A DNA stretch of 64,000 nt, taken from positions 666,107 to 730,106 of the forward strand of contig CAWAGG010000006.1 in the NCBI GenBank assembly GCA_963781595.1, written 5' to 3'. The stretch is from an uncultured Actinomycetota bacterium (GTDB taxonomy: Bacteria > Actinomycetota > UBA4738). How positions within the stretch are numbered: the first letter of the stretch is position 1; every line of letters begins with the position of its first letter. Positions 20,668 through 30,256 of the stretch are shown piece after piece. A program made the position numbers and the translations under genes. Below the pieces are notes generated by a model. That model was not told the DNA's origin, did not search any database, and saw only the letters and a program-made list of their open reading frames with translations.

Positions 20668-20720
20668 GGGGGGGAGGCATCACGAGTCTCCCGGAGGAAG
20701 GAAGAAGGAGGAAGGATCGC

Positions 20721-21563
20721 ATGGGTGGATACGCGAACCCGGACGCGCTGGTCTCCACGGACTGGCTCGCCGAGCATCTGGACGACCCGGGGATCAGGGT
20801 CATCGAGGTCGACGAGGACACGTCGGCCTACGACACGAACCACATCCGTGGCGCAAGCGGATGGAACTGGAAGTCCGACCTGCACGCCGCGGTCGGACGC
20901 GACTACGTCGACGCCGCGGGCCTGCAGGGCCTGCTCCGCGCCGCCGGCGTGAACGACGGCACGACCGTGGTCCTGTACGGCGGGAACAACAACTGGTTCG
21001 CCGCGTACGCGTACTGGATCGCGAAGCTCCGGGGGTTCGACGACGTGAAGCTCCTGGACGGCGGCCGCAAGAAGTGGGAGCTGGAGGGCCGCGAGCTGGT
21101 CACCGACGCCCCGTCGGCCGGCGAGGGCAACGTGACGGTCTCCGGCGCCGGCAACGGCTCGATCCGTGCGCTCCGCGACGAGGTCCTGTCGAAGGCCGGC
21201 GGCGGGTCGTTCGTCGACGTACGTTCGCCGGAGGAGTTCCGCGGCGAGAAGCTCGCGCCGGACCACCTCCCGCAGGAGCAGTCGCAGGTCCCCGGCCACA
21301 TCCCGGGCGCGGCCAACATCCCGTGGGCGAAGGCCGCGAACGACGACGGCACGTTCAAGTCCTCGGACGACCTGCGGGCGCTCTACGAGGGCGCCGGCGT
21401 GACCGGCGACGCCGAGGTCATCGCCTACTGCCGCATCGGCGAGCGTTCGTCCCACACCTGGTTCGCCCTCGTGGAGCTCCTCGGCTACCCGAACGTCAAG
21501 AACTACGACGGCTCCTGGACCGAATACGGCTCCCTCGTCGGCGCGCCTGTGGAGGTGGGGTAG
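20721..21563 (+). CDS. Thiosulfate/3-mercaptopyruvate sulfurtransferase (tandem rhodanese)
   Basis: Contains HIRGA...WNW and the active-site loop YCRIGERSSHTWF. A purine-rich SD lies upstream. Confidence 0.85.
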   Translation: MGGYANPDALVSTDWLAEHLDDPGIRVIEVDEDTSAYDTNHIRGASGWNWKSDLHAAVGRDYVDAAGLQGLLRAAGVNDGTTVVLYGGNNNWFAAYAYWIAKLRGFDDVKLLDGGRKKWELEGRELVTDAPSAGEGNVTVSGAGNGSIRALRDEVLSKAGGGSFVDVRSPEEFRGEKLAPDHLPQEQSQVPGHIPGAANIPWAKAANDDGTFKSSDDLRALYEGAGVTGDAEVIAYCRIGERSSHTWFALVELLGYPNVKNYDGSWTEYGSLVGAPVEVG

Positions 21564-21632
21564 CGGTCTCGCGCCAAGGGCCGCCACCGGGTTCGAGGAT
21601 GAGGATCCGAAGCGAGAAGGAGGTTCGAACCG

Positions 21633-22127
21633 ATGCCCGTGACGGATGAACTGATCGAGGCGAACGCGAGGTTCGCCCAGGACTTCGACCGCGGCGACCT
21701 GCCGATGCCGCCGGCCCGCAACGTCGCGGTGCTCGCGTGCATGGACGCGCGCCTGCACCCGGAGACGTTCCTGGGGCTCGACATCGGCGACGCGCACATG
21801 ATCCGCAACGCAGGCGGGCGGGCGTCCGACGACGCGATCCGTTCGCTGATCATCTCGAACCGGCTGCTCGGGACGCGCGAGTACCTCGTGATCCACCACA
21901 CGGACTGCGGGATGCTCACGTTCTCGAACGACGACCTGCACGGGAAGCTCGCCGACGAGACCGGCGAGGACGCGACGCACATCGACTTCCTGCCGTTCGC
22001 CGACCTCGAGCAGAGCGTCCGCGACGACGTGCAGCGGATCAAGGACTCACCGTTCCTGCCGGACGACGCGCCGGTGGCGGGCTACGTCTACGACGTCACC
22101 GACGGCCGCCTGTACCCCGTCGAGTAG
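21633..22127 (+). CDS. Beta-class carbonic anhydrase
   Basis: Zinc-ligand motifs CMDAR and HHTDCG are present. Length 164 aa. Confidence 0.85.
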   Translation: MPVTDELIEANARFAQDFDRGDLPMPPARNVAVLACMDARLHPETFLGLDIGDAHMIRNAGGRASDDAIRSLIISNRLLGTREYLVIHHTDCGMLTFSNDDLHGKLADETGEDATHIDFLPFADLEQSVRDDVQRIKDSPFLPDDAPVAGYVYDVTDGRLYPVE

Positions 22128-22140
22128 CACCGACGAGAGA

Positions 22141-22168
22141 GGGGAGGGGCCCGCGACGGCCCCTCCCC
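22141..22168. terminator. Perfect 11-bp GC hairpin between convergent genes
   Basis: ggggaggggcc (22141-22151), loop cgcgac, ggcccctcccc (22158-22168). Confidence 0.55.
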
Positions 22169-22220
22169 GTTCCTCCGGGAACCTGCCGCCTGCGGCACAC
22201 GGACGCGGGAGCTGCGTCGG

Positions 22221-22898
22221 TCAGTTCGACTGCTTCGGGAGCTGTGGGATCAGCCACTGCACGAAGCCACCCGCGCTCCGCGTCTGGATGTAGATCCGGC
22301 CCGGGCCCGTGAGGTCCACGACCAGGCCCTCGCCGCTGAAGATGGTCTGCTTCCAGCCACCGACCTTGCGGACCTGATACTGCATCCCCTCGGTGAAGGC
22401 GACCATGTGTCCCGTGTCCATCACGTCTCGCTCGCCCGCCGCGAGGTCCTTGGCGTGGATCGCGCCGTAGCTCGACAGGAGCAGGTCGCCGCTCCCGGTG
22501 GCCTTCAGCATGAACAGCCCCTCGCCCGAGAAGGACGTCTTCGCGCCGCCCCACTTCGTGTCGATCGCGATGCCGGCCGCGGAGGCCATGTCGGAACCCG
22601 ATCCGATGTACAGCGTGTGCCCGGCGAGCGGCAGGTTCACGACGTCGCCCGGCAGCGTCGGGGCGAGCGTGATCTCGGCGCCCTCCTCGGTGGCCGTGAA
22701 CGTGTTCATGAAGAAGCTCTCGCCGCCCAGCGTCGCCCGCTTCAGGCCGGCGAGCATGCCGCCCTTGGCCTGCGTGTCCATCTGGATGGAGGGCGACATG
22801 CTGACCATCGCGCCCGCCTCGGCCTGGATCTGTTCTTCCTTCGCCAGCGTCAGGATCGCCAGCGAATAGGACGGCCGGTACTGGATGTCGATCTCCAT
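22221..22898 (-). CDS. AIM24/TIGR00266 family protein
   Basis: Start taken at MEIDIQYRPSYSLA. Contains the typical GESFFMNTF and GEGLFMLKATGSGDLLLSSYG blocks. Confidence 0.8.
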   Translation of the reverse strand: MEIDIQYRPSYSLAILTLAKEEQIQAEAGAMVSMSPSIQMDTQAKGGMLAGLKRATLGGESFFMNTFTATEEGAEITLAPTLPGDVVNLPLAGHTLYIGSGSDMASAAGIAIDTKWGGAKTSFSGEGLFMLKATGSGDLLLSSYGAIHAKDLAAGERDVMDTGHMVAFTEGMQYQVRKVGGWKQTIFSGEGLVVDLTGPGRIYIQTRSAGGFVQWLIPQLPKQSN

Positions 22899-22993
22899 CC
22901 CCATCCCCTTTCCCCCCGGGTGCATCCGGACGCGCGAGAGCGTACGCGCAGCCCTCGCCCCACGGCCCGGGAGCCACCTGATAGGTTCCGGCC

Positions 22994-24115
22994 GTGATCG
23001 CCTTGCGCGTCCTGGCGTTCATCGTCGGACTGTGGATCGTGGTGGCCACGTTCGCCTCGTCGCTGCGCACGACGGTTCTTCCGCGCGGCGTCCCCGCCCG
23101 GATCGGCCGACGGGTCTTCCGATCCGTGCGATGGGTCTTCAGCCTCTGGATCGGCAAGAAGGCGTCCTACGAGCGCCGTGACCGTGTGATGGCCTACTAC
23201 GGCCCCGTGGCGCTCCTGGTCCTGCTCGTGACCTGGCTCACCGCGATCGGCATCGGGTTCCTCCTGATGTATTGGGCCGTCGGCGTGTCCGACCTCCAGC
23301 ACGCGTTCTACCTCACCGGTTCGTCGATCTTCACGCTAGGGTTCGAACGGCCGGCGCATGTCTGGGTGGCGCTGCTCGCGATGACCGAGGCGGCCCTCGG
23401 GCTGGTCGAACTGGCGCTGTTGATCACGTACCTCCCGAGCATCTATCAGGCGTTCTCGCGGCGCGAAGCGCTCGTCACGGCGCTCGAGGTTCGCGCGGGC
23501 AACCCTCCCGCCGGCGCCACGATGCTGATCCGGTTCTCCGTGCTCGGGCGCCTCGAGAGCCTGTCCGACGAGATCTGGTCGAGGTGGGAGGACTGGTTCG
23601 TCGACATCGAGGAGAGCCACACGTCGTTCCCGTCGTTGGCCTTCTTCCGCTCGCCCACGCCCGACCGGTCGTGGGTGGCGGCCGCCGGTGCGGTCCTGGA
23701 CGCGGCGTCGCTGTATTCCTCGACCCTGGACGTCGAACGCGACGTGCGCGCCGACATCTGCATCCGCGCCGGCTACATCGCACTGCGGCGGGTCTGCGAC
23801 TTCTTCCTGATCGGGTACGACCCCGAACCGCAACCCGGCGACCCCGTCTCGATCTCCCGGGCGGAGTACGACATGGTGTGCGAACGTTTCGTCGAGGTGG
23901 GCATCCCGCTGAAGGCCGATCGGGAGCAGGCCTGGCGCGACTTCGTCGGATGGCGGGTGAACTACGACACGCCGCTGCTCGCGCTCGCGGCGCTGACCGA
24001 CGCGCCCGAGGTCCCGTGGTCGTCCGATCGGATCACGGGCAACTACCGGGACCTGCTGGCGCAGGCACGGGAGGCGAAGCGCCACCCGCGCACGGACGAC
24101 GCGCAGGAGCGGTGA
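22994..24115 (+). CDS. Integral membrane protein with a pore-loop-like segment and a soluble C-terminal domain, function unknown
   Basis: Several TM helices. The segment SSIFTLGFERP between helices resembles channel pore loops. No firm family call. Confidence 0.6.
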   Translation: MIALRVLAFIVGLWIVVATFASSLRTTVLPRGVPARIGRRVFRSVRWVFSLWIGKKASYERRDRVMAYYGPVALLVLLVTWLTAIGIGFLLMYWAVGVSDLQHAFYLTGSSIFTLGFERPAHVWVALLAMTEAALGLVELALLITYLPSIYQAFSRREALVTALEVRAGNPPAGATMLIRFSVLGRLESLSDEIWSRWEDWFVDIEESHTSFPSLAFFRSPTPDRSWVAAAGAVLDAASLYSSTLDVERDVRADICIRAGYIALRRVCDFFLIGYDPEPQPGDPVSISRAEYDMVCERFVEVGIPLKADREQAWRDFVGWRVNYDTPLLALAALTDAPEVPWSSDRITGNYRDLLAQAREAKRHPRTDDAQER

Positions 24116-24136
24116 CGCGGGCGCGTTCGCGCGGGG

Positions 24137-24340
24137 TCACGCGCCGGGGAGCACGACGCCGAACCCCTTCCGTGCGAGCTTCAGGATCACCTGGCACGCG
24201 ACCTTCCACGGGGCGGGCGTCGGGCCGCCCGCGTCCCACGCGTCGCGCGCGTCGAGGTAGAGGCCCGCGAAGATCAGGTCCCAGCGTTCGACCCGCTCGG
24301 CGTCGAGGAACCCGCCGCGAGCGACCTCCTCGCCGACCGC
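24137..24340 (-). pseudogene. Possible DUF5995-like gene fragment
   Basis: Only the block GGFLDAERVERWDLIFAGLYLDARDAWDAGGPTPAPW is recognisable. No nearby start codon, and the frame ends prematurely. Confidence 0.3.
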
Positions 24341-24377
24341 TCGCGTGGTTCGCCGGTCGGTATTCGATGGTTCGCGA

Positions 24378-24779
24378 TCAGCGGCCGTTGCCGTGGTCGT
24401 CGCCGCGGTCGTGGTTCGGGCCGTCGTCGGCCCCGCGGCCGTGCTGACCCTGCTGGTCCTCGGCGCCGCCGCCCGGGCCGCGGTTGCGGCCGTGGGCATC
24501 TGGTCCGCGGTTCTGCCCGCGATCGTCGCCCATCTCGCGCTCGCCCTCGGCGACCCGGCCCCGGGCCTCGGCCTGACGGCCGCGGTCGTCGCCGGCCTGC
24601 GTCTCGCCCTCGGCGATCCGGCCGCGGACCTCCGCCTCGTGTCGCTGCTCGGCGACCGTGGTCACCTTGGCGGGGCGCTCTCTGCCGCCCGCCGACGCGA
24701 CCGCGCCGATCCCGAGGCCCGACAGGATCGTTGCACCGGCTGCGGTGGCGATCACGAATCTCCTCACCTGCACCTTCAT
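24378..24779 (-). CDS. Small secreted Arg/Asp/Gly/His-rich protein
   Basis: Signal peptide MKVQVRRFVIATAAGATILSGLGIGAVASA. Internal repeat AEVRGRIAEGETQAGDDRG / AEARGRVAEGEREMGDDRG. Tail GDDHGNGR. Confidence 0.55.
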   Translation of the reverse strand: MKVQVRRFVIATAAGATILSGLGIGAVASAGGRERPAKVTTVAEQRHEAEVRGRIAEGETQAGDDRGRQAEARGRVAEGEREMGDDRGQNRGPDAHGRNRGPGGGAEDQQGQHGRGADDGPNHDRGDDHGNGR

Positions 24780-24924
24780 GTCGTTCCCTCCTTCCCTCGG
24801 TGGTTCCGGACAGAGACCACGCTAGGGAGGGCCAGGGAAGCACCACGGTTCGGAGCGGTGAATGGTTCGTTAGGATCCGGTTAGAAGACCGGATGCCGGC
24901 GGCCGAGCCGCCCGGACGGGGAGG

Positions 24925-25332
24925 TCAGTCGTCCCCGCCGCCGTGGCCGCGGCCGTCCTTGCCCCCGCCACCACGGTCGTCCTTGCCGCCGCCGCCGTGA
25001 TCGTCCTTGCCCCCGCCGGAGCCGCCACCGGAGCCGCCGCTCGAACCGCCGCTGCCCGAGTCCGATCCGCTGCCCGACCCGCCGCCGTGGCCGCTCGGGC
25101 TCGAGGTGGACCCCTCGTTCGAACCGTCCTCCGAGCCCTTGTCGTTCCCGGACCGGTCTTCGGACGGGGTCGGGCTCGCATGGATCGTGGTGGAGGGGCT
25201 GGGACGAACGGGGAGCGGTACGGAATCCGCGGAGGCGCCGAGGCTCGACACGATCAGGTACCCGGCGAACGCCAGGGCGACCGGAAGGATCACGCCGGCG
25301 GCCGTGAGCAGCGCGGTTCTGGCTCCCCTCAT
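24925..25332 (-). CDS. Small membrane-anchored/secreted Gly/Ser/Asp/His-rich protein
   Basis: ATG at 25332 verified. N-terminal TM segment MRGARTALLTAAGVILPVALAFAGYLIV. Tail GGGKDDHGGGGKDDRGGGGKDGRGHGGGDD. Confidence 0.55.
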   Translation of the reverse strand: MRGARTALLTAAGVILPVALAFAGYLIVSSLGASADSVPLPVRPSPSTTIHASPTPSEDRSGNDKGSEDGSNEGSTSSPSGHGGGSGSGSDSGSGGSSGGSGGGSGGGKDDHGGGGKDDRGGGGKDGRGHGGGDD

Positions 25333-25379
25333 CGTCCCCACGGTACCGGCGCCTTCCCCAAACCTTCCCAAAGCGACGG

Positions 25380-26933
25380 TTAAGGATCGGTAGGTGGAAC
25401 GCTGGCGACAGGTTCCGGCTTGGCCTCCGGCGCCGCCCGGCCCGCGGGCACGGCGCCCCGGCCGGGGGCGGCCGGGAACGAGGCCTCGAACCGCGTCCCG
25501 TCGACGCCCGTGACGTCCGTCAGGCGGACCTCGCCGTTCCATCTGCGCACCAGCTCCGCGACGATCGCGAGGCCGAGCCCGGTGCCCGGGCCCGAGGACA
25601 GGCCCGTCGAGCCCCGGTAGAAGCGTTCGAAGATCCGCTCGCGCTCCTCCGGCGGGATGCCCGGTCCGTCGTTCGCGACCGCCAGCGTCGCCGTTCCGGC
25701 GGAGGACACGGCCTCGATCGTGACGTCGCCGCCCGGTGGCGAGTACCGGATCGCGTTCTCGATCAGGTTGTCGAGCACGTTAGCGAGGTCGCCGGGATCC
25801 GCGATCATGGTCACTGGGTCGCACCGCCCGATCGAGAGCGCCGCATCCTGCGCGCGGGCGGTGTCGCTCCAGCGGTCGGCGGCCTCGTGGACCGCCGCGC
25901 TCAGGTCGACCCGCGAACCCGCGGTCCCGACCGACGATGCGCTGGCCAGCGCGAGCAGGTCGTCGACCAGCGACCCCAGCCGCGCGAGTTCGGCCTGGGC
26001 CTTCGACGCCTGTTCGCCGGGGAACCCGCCCTCCCCTTCGATCGCCTCCAGTCGGAGCCGGATCCCGGTCATCGGGGTGCGGAGCTGGTGCGACGCGTTC
26101 GCGACGAAGTCCCGTTGCGCGCCGAGGTTCGCCTCCAGCGCGTCGGCCATCCGGTTGAACGATTCGCCGAGGCTCGCGATCTCCTCGGGACCCTCCACCG
26201 GCGCGCGGGCCTCCAGGTCACCCCGGCCCAGATCTTCGGCCGTTCGCTCCAGACGCTCGACGGGGCGGGCGATCGAGCGCGCGAGGAACCACGCCAGGAC
26301 GAGGCCCACCACGATCACGGAGAGCCCGATCAGGGCGAACGCGACCCACGATCGGTAGATCGTCGCGTTCACCTGCGCCGTCGGGTAGGACGCACGGACG
26401 GCGCCGATCACCCCGCGATCGTGGATCACGGGGGCGGTGACCAGCAGCAACGGCTCGCCGGCCGACTCGCTGTCGCGGGTCCGCCGGTCCGGGAGCGTCG
26501 TCTGGCCCTGGGAGAGGATCGCCGCGAACTCCGGACGCGCCGGCGTCGCGAACAGCGAGCCCGGCGCCACCTCGTGGGCGGTGTCGTAGATCAGCCGCCC
26601 GTTCGCGTCGACCACCACGATCCGCGCGTGCGAGGCCTGCGCGGCGAAGTCGGCGACCTGGGCGACCGCCTGCTCGGGGTTGGGGAGGGCCTTGTTCGGC
26701 GTCGCGATCGCCGCCACGTCGTCGTTGATCGCCGAGGCGACGATCTCCGTGTACGTCACGATCGTCGACTCGATCGCGCGGTGCTCGTCCCGGGCGATCG
26801 TGATCGCGAGCGGGATCTCCAGCGCGATCACGACCACCGTCAGGATGTACGCCGCGGCCAGCATCAGCCGGCCGCGCAGGCTCATCCGCTTCTTCCGTCC
26901 GGAGACCCGGCGGTCGGTCCGGTCGCCCGCCAC
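25380..26933 (-). CDS. Sensor histidine kinase (2 TM, HAMP, HisKA, HATPase_c)
   Basis: H-box FVANASHQLRTPMTGI. N/G boxes DNLIENAIRYSPPGG and GTGLGLAIV. Confidence 0.9.
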   Translation of the reverse strand: MAGDRTDRRVSGRKKRMSLRGRLMLAAAYILTVVVIALEIPLAITIARDEHRAIESTIVTYTEIVASAINDDVAAIATPNKALPNPEQAVAQVADFAAQASHARIVVVDANGRLIYDTAHEVAPGSLFATPARPEFAAILSQGQTTLPDRRTRDSESAGEPLLLVTAPVIHDRGVIGAVRASYPTAQVNATIYRSWVAFALIGLSVIVVGLVLAWFLARSIARPVERLERTAEDLGRGDLEARAPVEGPEEIASLGESFNRMADALEANLGAQRDFVANASHQLRTPMTGIRLRLEAIEGEGGFPGEQASKAQAELARLGSLVDDLLALASASSVGTAGSRVDLSAAVHEAADRWSDTARAQDAALSIGRCDPVTMIADPGDLANVLDNLIENAIRYSPPGGDVTIEAVSSAGTATLAVANDGPGIPPEERERIFERFYRGSTGLSSGPGTGLGLAIVAELVRRWNGEVRLTDVTGVDGTRFEASFPAAPGRGAVPAGRAAPEAKPEPVASVPPTDP

Positions 26934-26939
26934 CGCGGA

Positions 26940-27653
26940 TCAGGCGGGTTCGCCCGCCAACTCCTCGGCCGAGGAGAACCGGAAGCCGACCCCCCGGACC
27001 GTGTGGATGTACCGGGATTCCACCGGGTCGTCGCCCAGCTTCTTGCGCAGCGAACTCACGTGCACGTCGAGCGTCTTCGTCGACCCGTACCAGTTCGGGT
27101 CCCAGACCTCGTCCATCAGCTCGGTTCGGCTGACGACCTTGCCCGCCTGTTCGATCAGCATCCGGAGGAGCTCGAACTCCTTCAGCGTGAGGTCGAGCGT
27201 CTCCTCGCCCTTCGTCACCGTGTGGGTGTCGAGGTTCACCACGACGTCGCCGACGTCGATCGACGACCGGCCGGCGGCCGACGGTGCCGACGTCCTGCGC
27301 AGCACGGCCCGGATCCGGGCGATCAGCTCGGCGGCGCCGAACGGCTTGACCACGTAGTCGTCGGCGCCCAATTCCAGGCCCACCACCTTGTCCAGCTCCT
27401 CGCCGCGGGCGGTCAAGACGATCACCGGGGTGCGGGCGGTCGCACGGATCTGGCGAAGCACCTCGCGCCCATCGCCGTCGGGGAGCATCAGGTCCAGGAG
27501 GACCAGGTCCGGGGATCGAGCCTTGAACGCCTCGAGGCCCTCGGCCACTGTGGCAGCGACGAATGGTTCGAACGACTCCCGCCGGAGCGCCGCCTCGAGC
27601 GGATCGGAGATCGATCCCTCGTCCTCGATCAGGAGGATCCGTCGTCCCGACAT
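26940..27653 (-). CDS. OmpR/PhoB-family response regulator
   Basis: Receiver motifs ILLIEDE and DLVLLDLMLPDGDG. The winged-helix C-terminus reads YIHTVRGVGFRF. Confidence 0.9.
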   Translation of the reverse strand: MSGRRILLIEDEGSISDPLEAALRRESFEPFVAATVAEGLEAFKARSPDLVLLDLMLPDGDGREVLRQIRATARTPVIVLTARGEELDKVVGLELGADDYVVKPFGAAELIARIRAVLRRTSAPSAAGRSSIDVGDVVVNLDTHTVTKGEETLDLTLKEFELLRMLIEQAGKVVSRTELMDEVWDPNWYGSTKTLDVHVSSLRKKLGDDPVESRYIHTVRGVGFRFSSAEELAGEPA

Positions 27654-27834
27654 GGCGCCATGGTAGCTGGGACGGCGCCCTGGCGCGGGGACGCGACGCG
27701 CCGAGCGGAATCCTCAACCGGTCCTAACCCGCCCTTACCCCTCGCTGGGCATCCGCTGACCGGACCCCCCGTAGACATGGGTATACGGAAGCGCCGGACC
27801 GACCGGCGCAGGGGACATGGAAAGGGGAATCGGC

Positions 27835-28224
27835 ATGAAGAGGGCGATCCGTTTCGGACTGGCAGGGCTGCTCGCCGCGGGCCTGCTGTCGGCCGCTCCG
27901 GCCGCGCTCGCGAAGGGCGGCGGCGGGGTCAGCAAGTCGGGCAACTGCAGCGCCTCCAGCACGTGGAAGCTGAAGGCCAAGCCCGACAACGGCAAGATCG
28001 AGGTGGAGTTCGAGGTCGACACCAACGTCAACGGTCAGACCTGGAACGTGGTCCTGAGGGACAACGGCACGCAGGTGTTCAAGGGCAAGAAGACGACCCA
28101 GCCGCCCAGCGGGTCCTTCACCGCCCGGAAGCTGATCACGAACCAGGCGGGGACCGACAAGATCGCGGGCAAGGCGAAGAACCCGGCCACCGGTGAGAGC
28201 TGCGTGGGCTCGGTGAGCCTGTAG
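27835..28224 (+). CDS. Small secreted beta-rich protein with two Cys, divergent from the two-component operon
   Basis: Signal peptide MKRAIRFGLAGLLAAGLLSAAPAALA, followed by STWKLKAKPDNGKIEVEFEVDTNVNGQTWNV. Confidence 0.6.
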   Translation: MKRAIRFGLAGLLAAGLLSAAPAALAKGGGGVSKSGNCSASSTWKLKAKPDNGKIEVEFEVDTNVNGQTWNVVLRDNGTQVFKGKKTTQPPSGSFTARKLITNQAGTDKIAGKAKNPATGESCVGSVSL

Positions 28225-28245
28225 GCACCACGCGACGAGAGCGAA

Positions 28246-28278
28246 GGAGCTCTGCGCCGACGAACGGCGCCGGGCTCC
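28246..28278. terminator. Hairpin between convergent genes
   Basis: GGAGC..GCGCCG acgaa CGGCGC..GCTCC. Confidence 0.35.
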
Positions 28279-28310
28279 TCCGTGTGCGGGCAGACCCGCG
28301 GCCGCCGCGT

Positions 28311-28895
28311 TCAGCCTGCGGGATGGGTTCCCGACGGGTACGTCGGTAGGGGATCGGGCTTCTTTCCTACGAGCACCATCAGTCCCATCGAAAGCAGCGA
28401 CAGGACGATCGCGACGACGATCGCGCCGAGGAACATCGGCGCGACCGCGGAGCCCAGCGCTGGTCCTCCTTCAGACGGAACCCGCAGTCCGTGGATCGCC
28501 GGAAGGAGCCCATCGACCATCCAAGCCTCACCGTCGGATCCGCCGGTCGTCGGACACAGATTCGCCGTTCCCATCTCGGTGCGCCCGTCCAGGGTCACGA
28601 CGCGGTACGGGACGAGCGTTTCGGGGTCGCACGGGTGGAGGCCGGGTACGAGGACCGTGGCGCTTGACCCAACCTCGATCACGTCGAGCTGGCCGGGGTC
28701 CTTCGCCCGCCATCCTGGGAGGATCCGGTTGCTCAGGTCGTTCGGTGCGTAGAGCTCGAGCTGGCCGGCCTTGCCCTGGTTCAGCGCCAGGAGCCAGCGT
28801 TCGACGATTCCCTCCGGGCGTTGCGTCGAACCGCACGCGGACAGCATCGCCGTGGCGACGGCCGCCATCGCGATGGCCGCGGCACGGCGCCTCAC
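28311..28895 (-). CDS. Lipoprotein with a C-terminal TM helix, function unknown
   Basis: GTG at 28895 overlaps the upstream stop (GTGA). Lipobox AMLSACGS. C-terminal helix FLGAIVVAIVLSLLSMGLMVLV. Confidence 0.6.
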   Translation of the reverse strand: MRRRAAAIAMAAVATAMLSACGSTQRPEGIVERWLLALNQGKAGQLELYAPNDLSNRILPGWRAKDPGQLDVIEVGSSATVLVPGLHPCDPETLVPYRVVTLDGRTEMGTANLCPTTGGSDGEAWMVDGLLPAIHGLRVPSEGGPALGSAVAPMFLGAIVVAIVLSLLSMGLMVLVGKKPDPLPTYPSGTHPAG

Positions 28896-30201
28896 AGGGC
28901 CGCCTGCCACTCGAGCGCCGCGTCGAGCGCGTCCAGGTCGACGCCCTTCGTCTCCCCGACGTAGCGCCAGACGATCACCAGCACCGGGATCAGCGTCGCG
29001 ATGAACACCGCGGTCATCGCCGCGCCGATCGAGCCGAGCGGCCCGGTCGTGTGGTCGCCGAGGACCCCGACGGTGAACGGCCCCAGCATCCCGCCGGGGA
29101 TCTCGAACGCGTTCCGGCACCACGCGGCCGCGCGGCTCCGCACGTAGGTCGGGAAGAACTCCGTCGCGAAGGCCGACGTCATGCACGCCGAGCCGAGTCC
29201 GAAGAAGATCGCCAAACACAGCAGCGGCAGCATCAGCGGCACGCTCCGCGTCTGGAACAGCCAGATGCCGAACACCCCCGACGCCGCGGTGTAGAGCAGG
29301 AACGACGGCCGCCGCCCCCAGGCCTCCATCAGCCGGCCGCCGACCTGGAAGCCCGCGGCGCCGAGCACGCCGGCGACCGCGAGGTAGATCCCGGAAAGCG
29401 AGAACGACATCCCGACTTCCTGCTGCGCGTAGTACGGCCACCAGAACACTTGCGGCGGCCACCGCGTAGTACCGGAAGAAGTGCATCAGCCCGACGGCCA
29501 GCAGGTTGTAGCGGAACGGGCGCTTCCAGGGTTCGAACAGCCCGCCGTGGTCGAGCCTCGCGCCGACGGCGCTCGCGCGGACGTTCGCGTAGCGCTCGGT
29601 CTCGCGCATGCCGCGGCGTGCGAACGCCACCACGATCAGCGGCACGATCCCGACGACGTAGAACGCGCGCCAGCCGATCGGCGTCGAACCGAGCCCGACG
29701 AACCCGAGCACGCCGACGAGGATCGCCCCGAGCGTCAACATCGCGACCAGGATCGCCAGGCTCCGGCCGCGTTCGTGCGACGGGAACTCCTCGACGACGA
29801 TGGTGATCGCGACCGCCCATTCAGCGCCCAGGAAGACCTGCGCGACGAACTGCGCCGCCGTGAGCATCGCGAGGTTCACGGACAACGCCGTCGCGATCAC
29901 GGCGATCGTGTAGGCGGTGATCGTGATCAGCAGCAGGCGCTTGCGCCCGATCCGGTCGGCCTGCGCGGCCAGGAAGAACGCCACGACTGCGCCACTCTGC
30001 GCGATCAGTTGGATCGTGCCGGCTTCGGCCTGCGTGCCGTTCAGATCGATCAGGATCAGTGACAGGACGAACGGCAGCACGAACCCGTCGTAGCCGTTGA
30101 AGAACGTTGCCGTCGATAACAGCCCCAACAGCTTGCGTCGGTACGCGTGCTCACCCCCGGTTCGGGTCCGGGGTCCTCGGCACGTCCGTGGCCTCTGCCA
30201 T
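28892..30201 (-). pseudogene. MFS transporter (metabolite:H+ symporter-like) interrupted by two apparent +1 frameshifts as sequenced
   Basis: The N-terminal half (YRRKLLGLLSTATFFNGYDG...) and the C-terminal half (FWWPYYAQQEVGMSFSLSG...) are in different frames, with the junction near 29445-29460. The only ATG (30201) is separated from the body by a C5/G5 run at 30154-30158. Length mod 3 = 2. Confidence 0.6.
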
Positions 30202-30256
30202 GCCGGCGATTCTCGCCCGAAGCGGCGCCGAGCGCGAGCGCCTATCCTCCCGGTGC

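Noticed and set aside
24137-24499. 120-aa ORF as an intact gene
   Set aside because: The N-terminal half is Thr/Ala/Arg low complexity overlapping the better-supported secreted-protein gene. Only the last ~65 codons resemble a known family, so it was kept as a low-confidence fragment.
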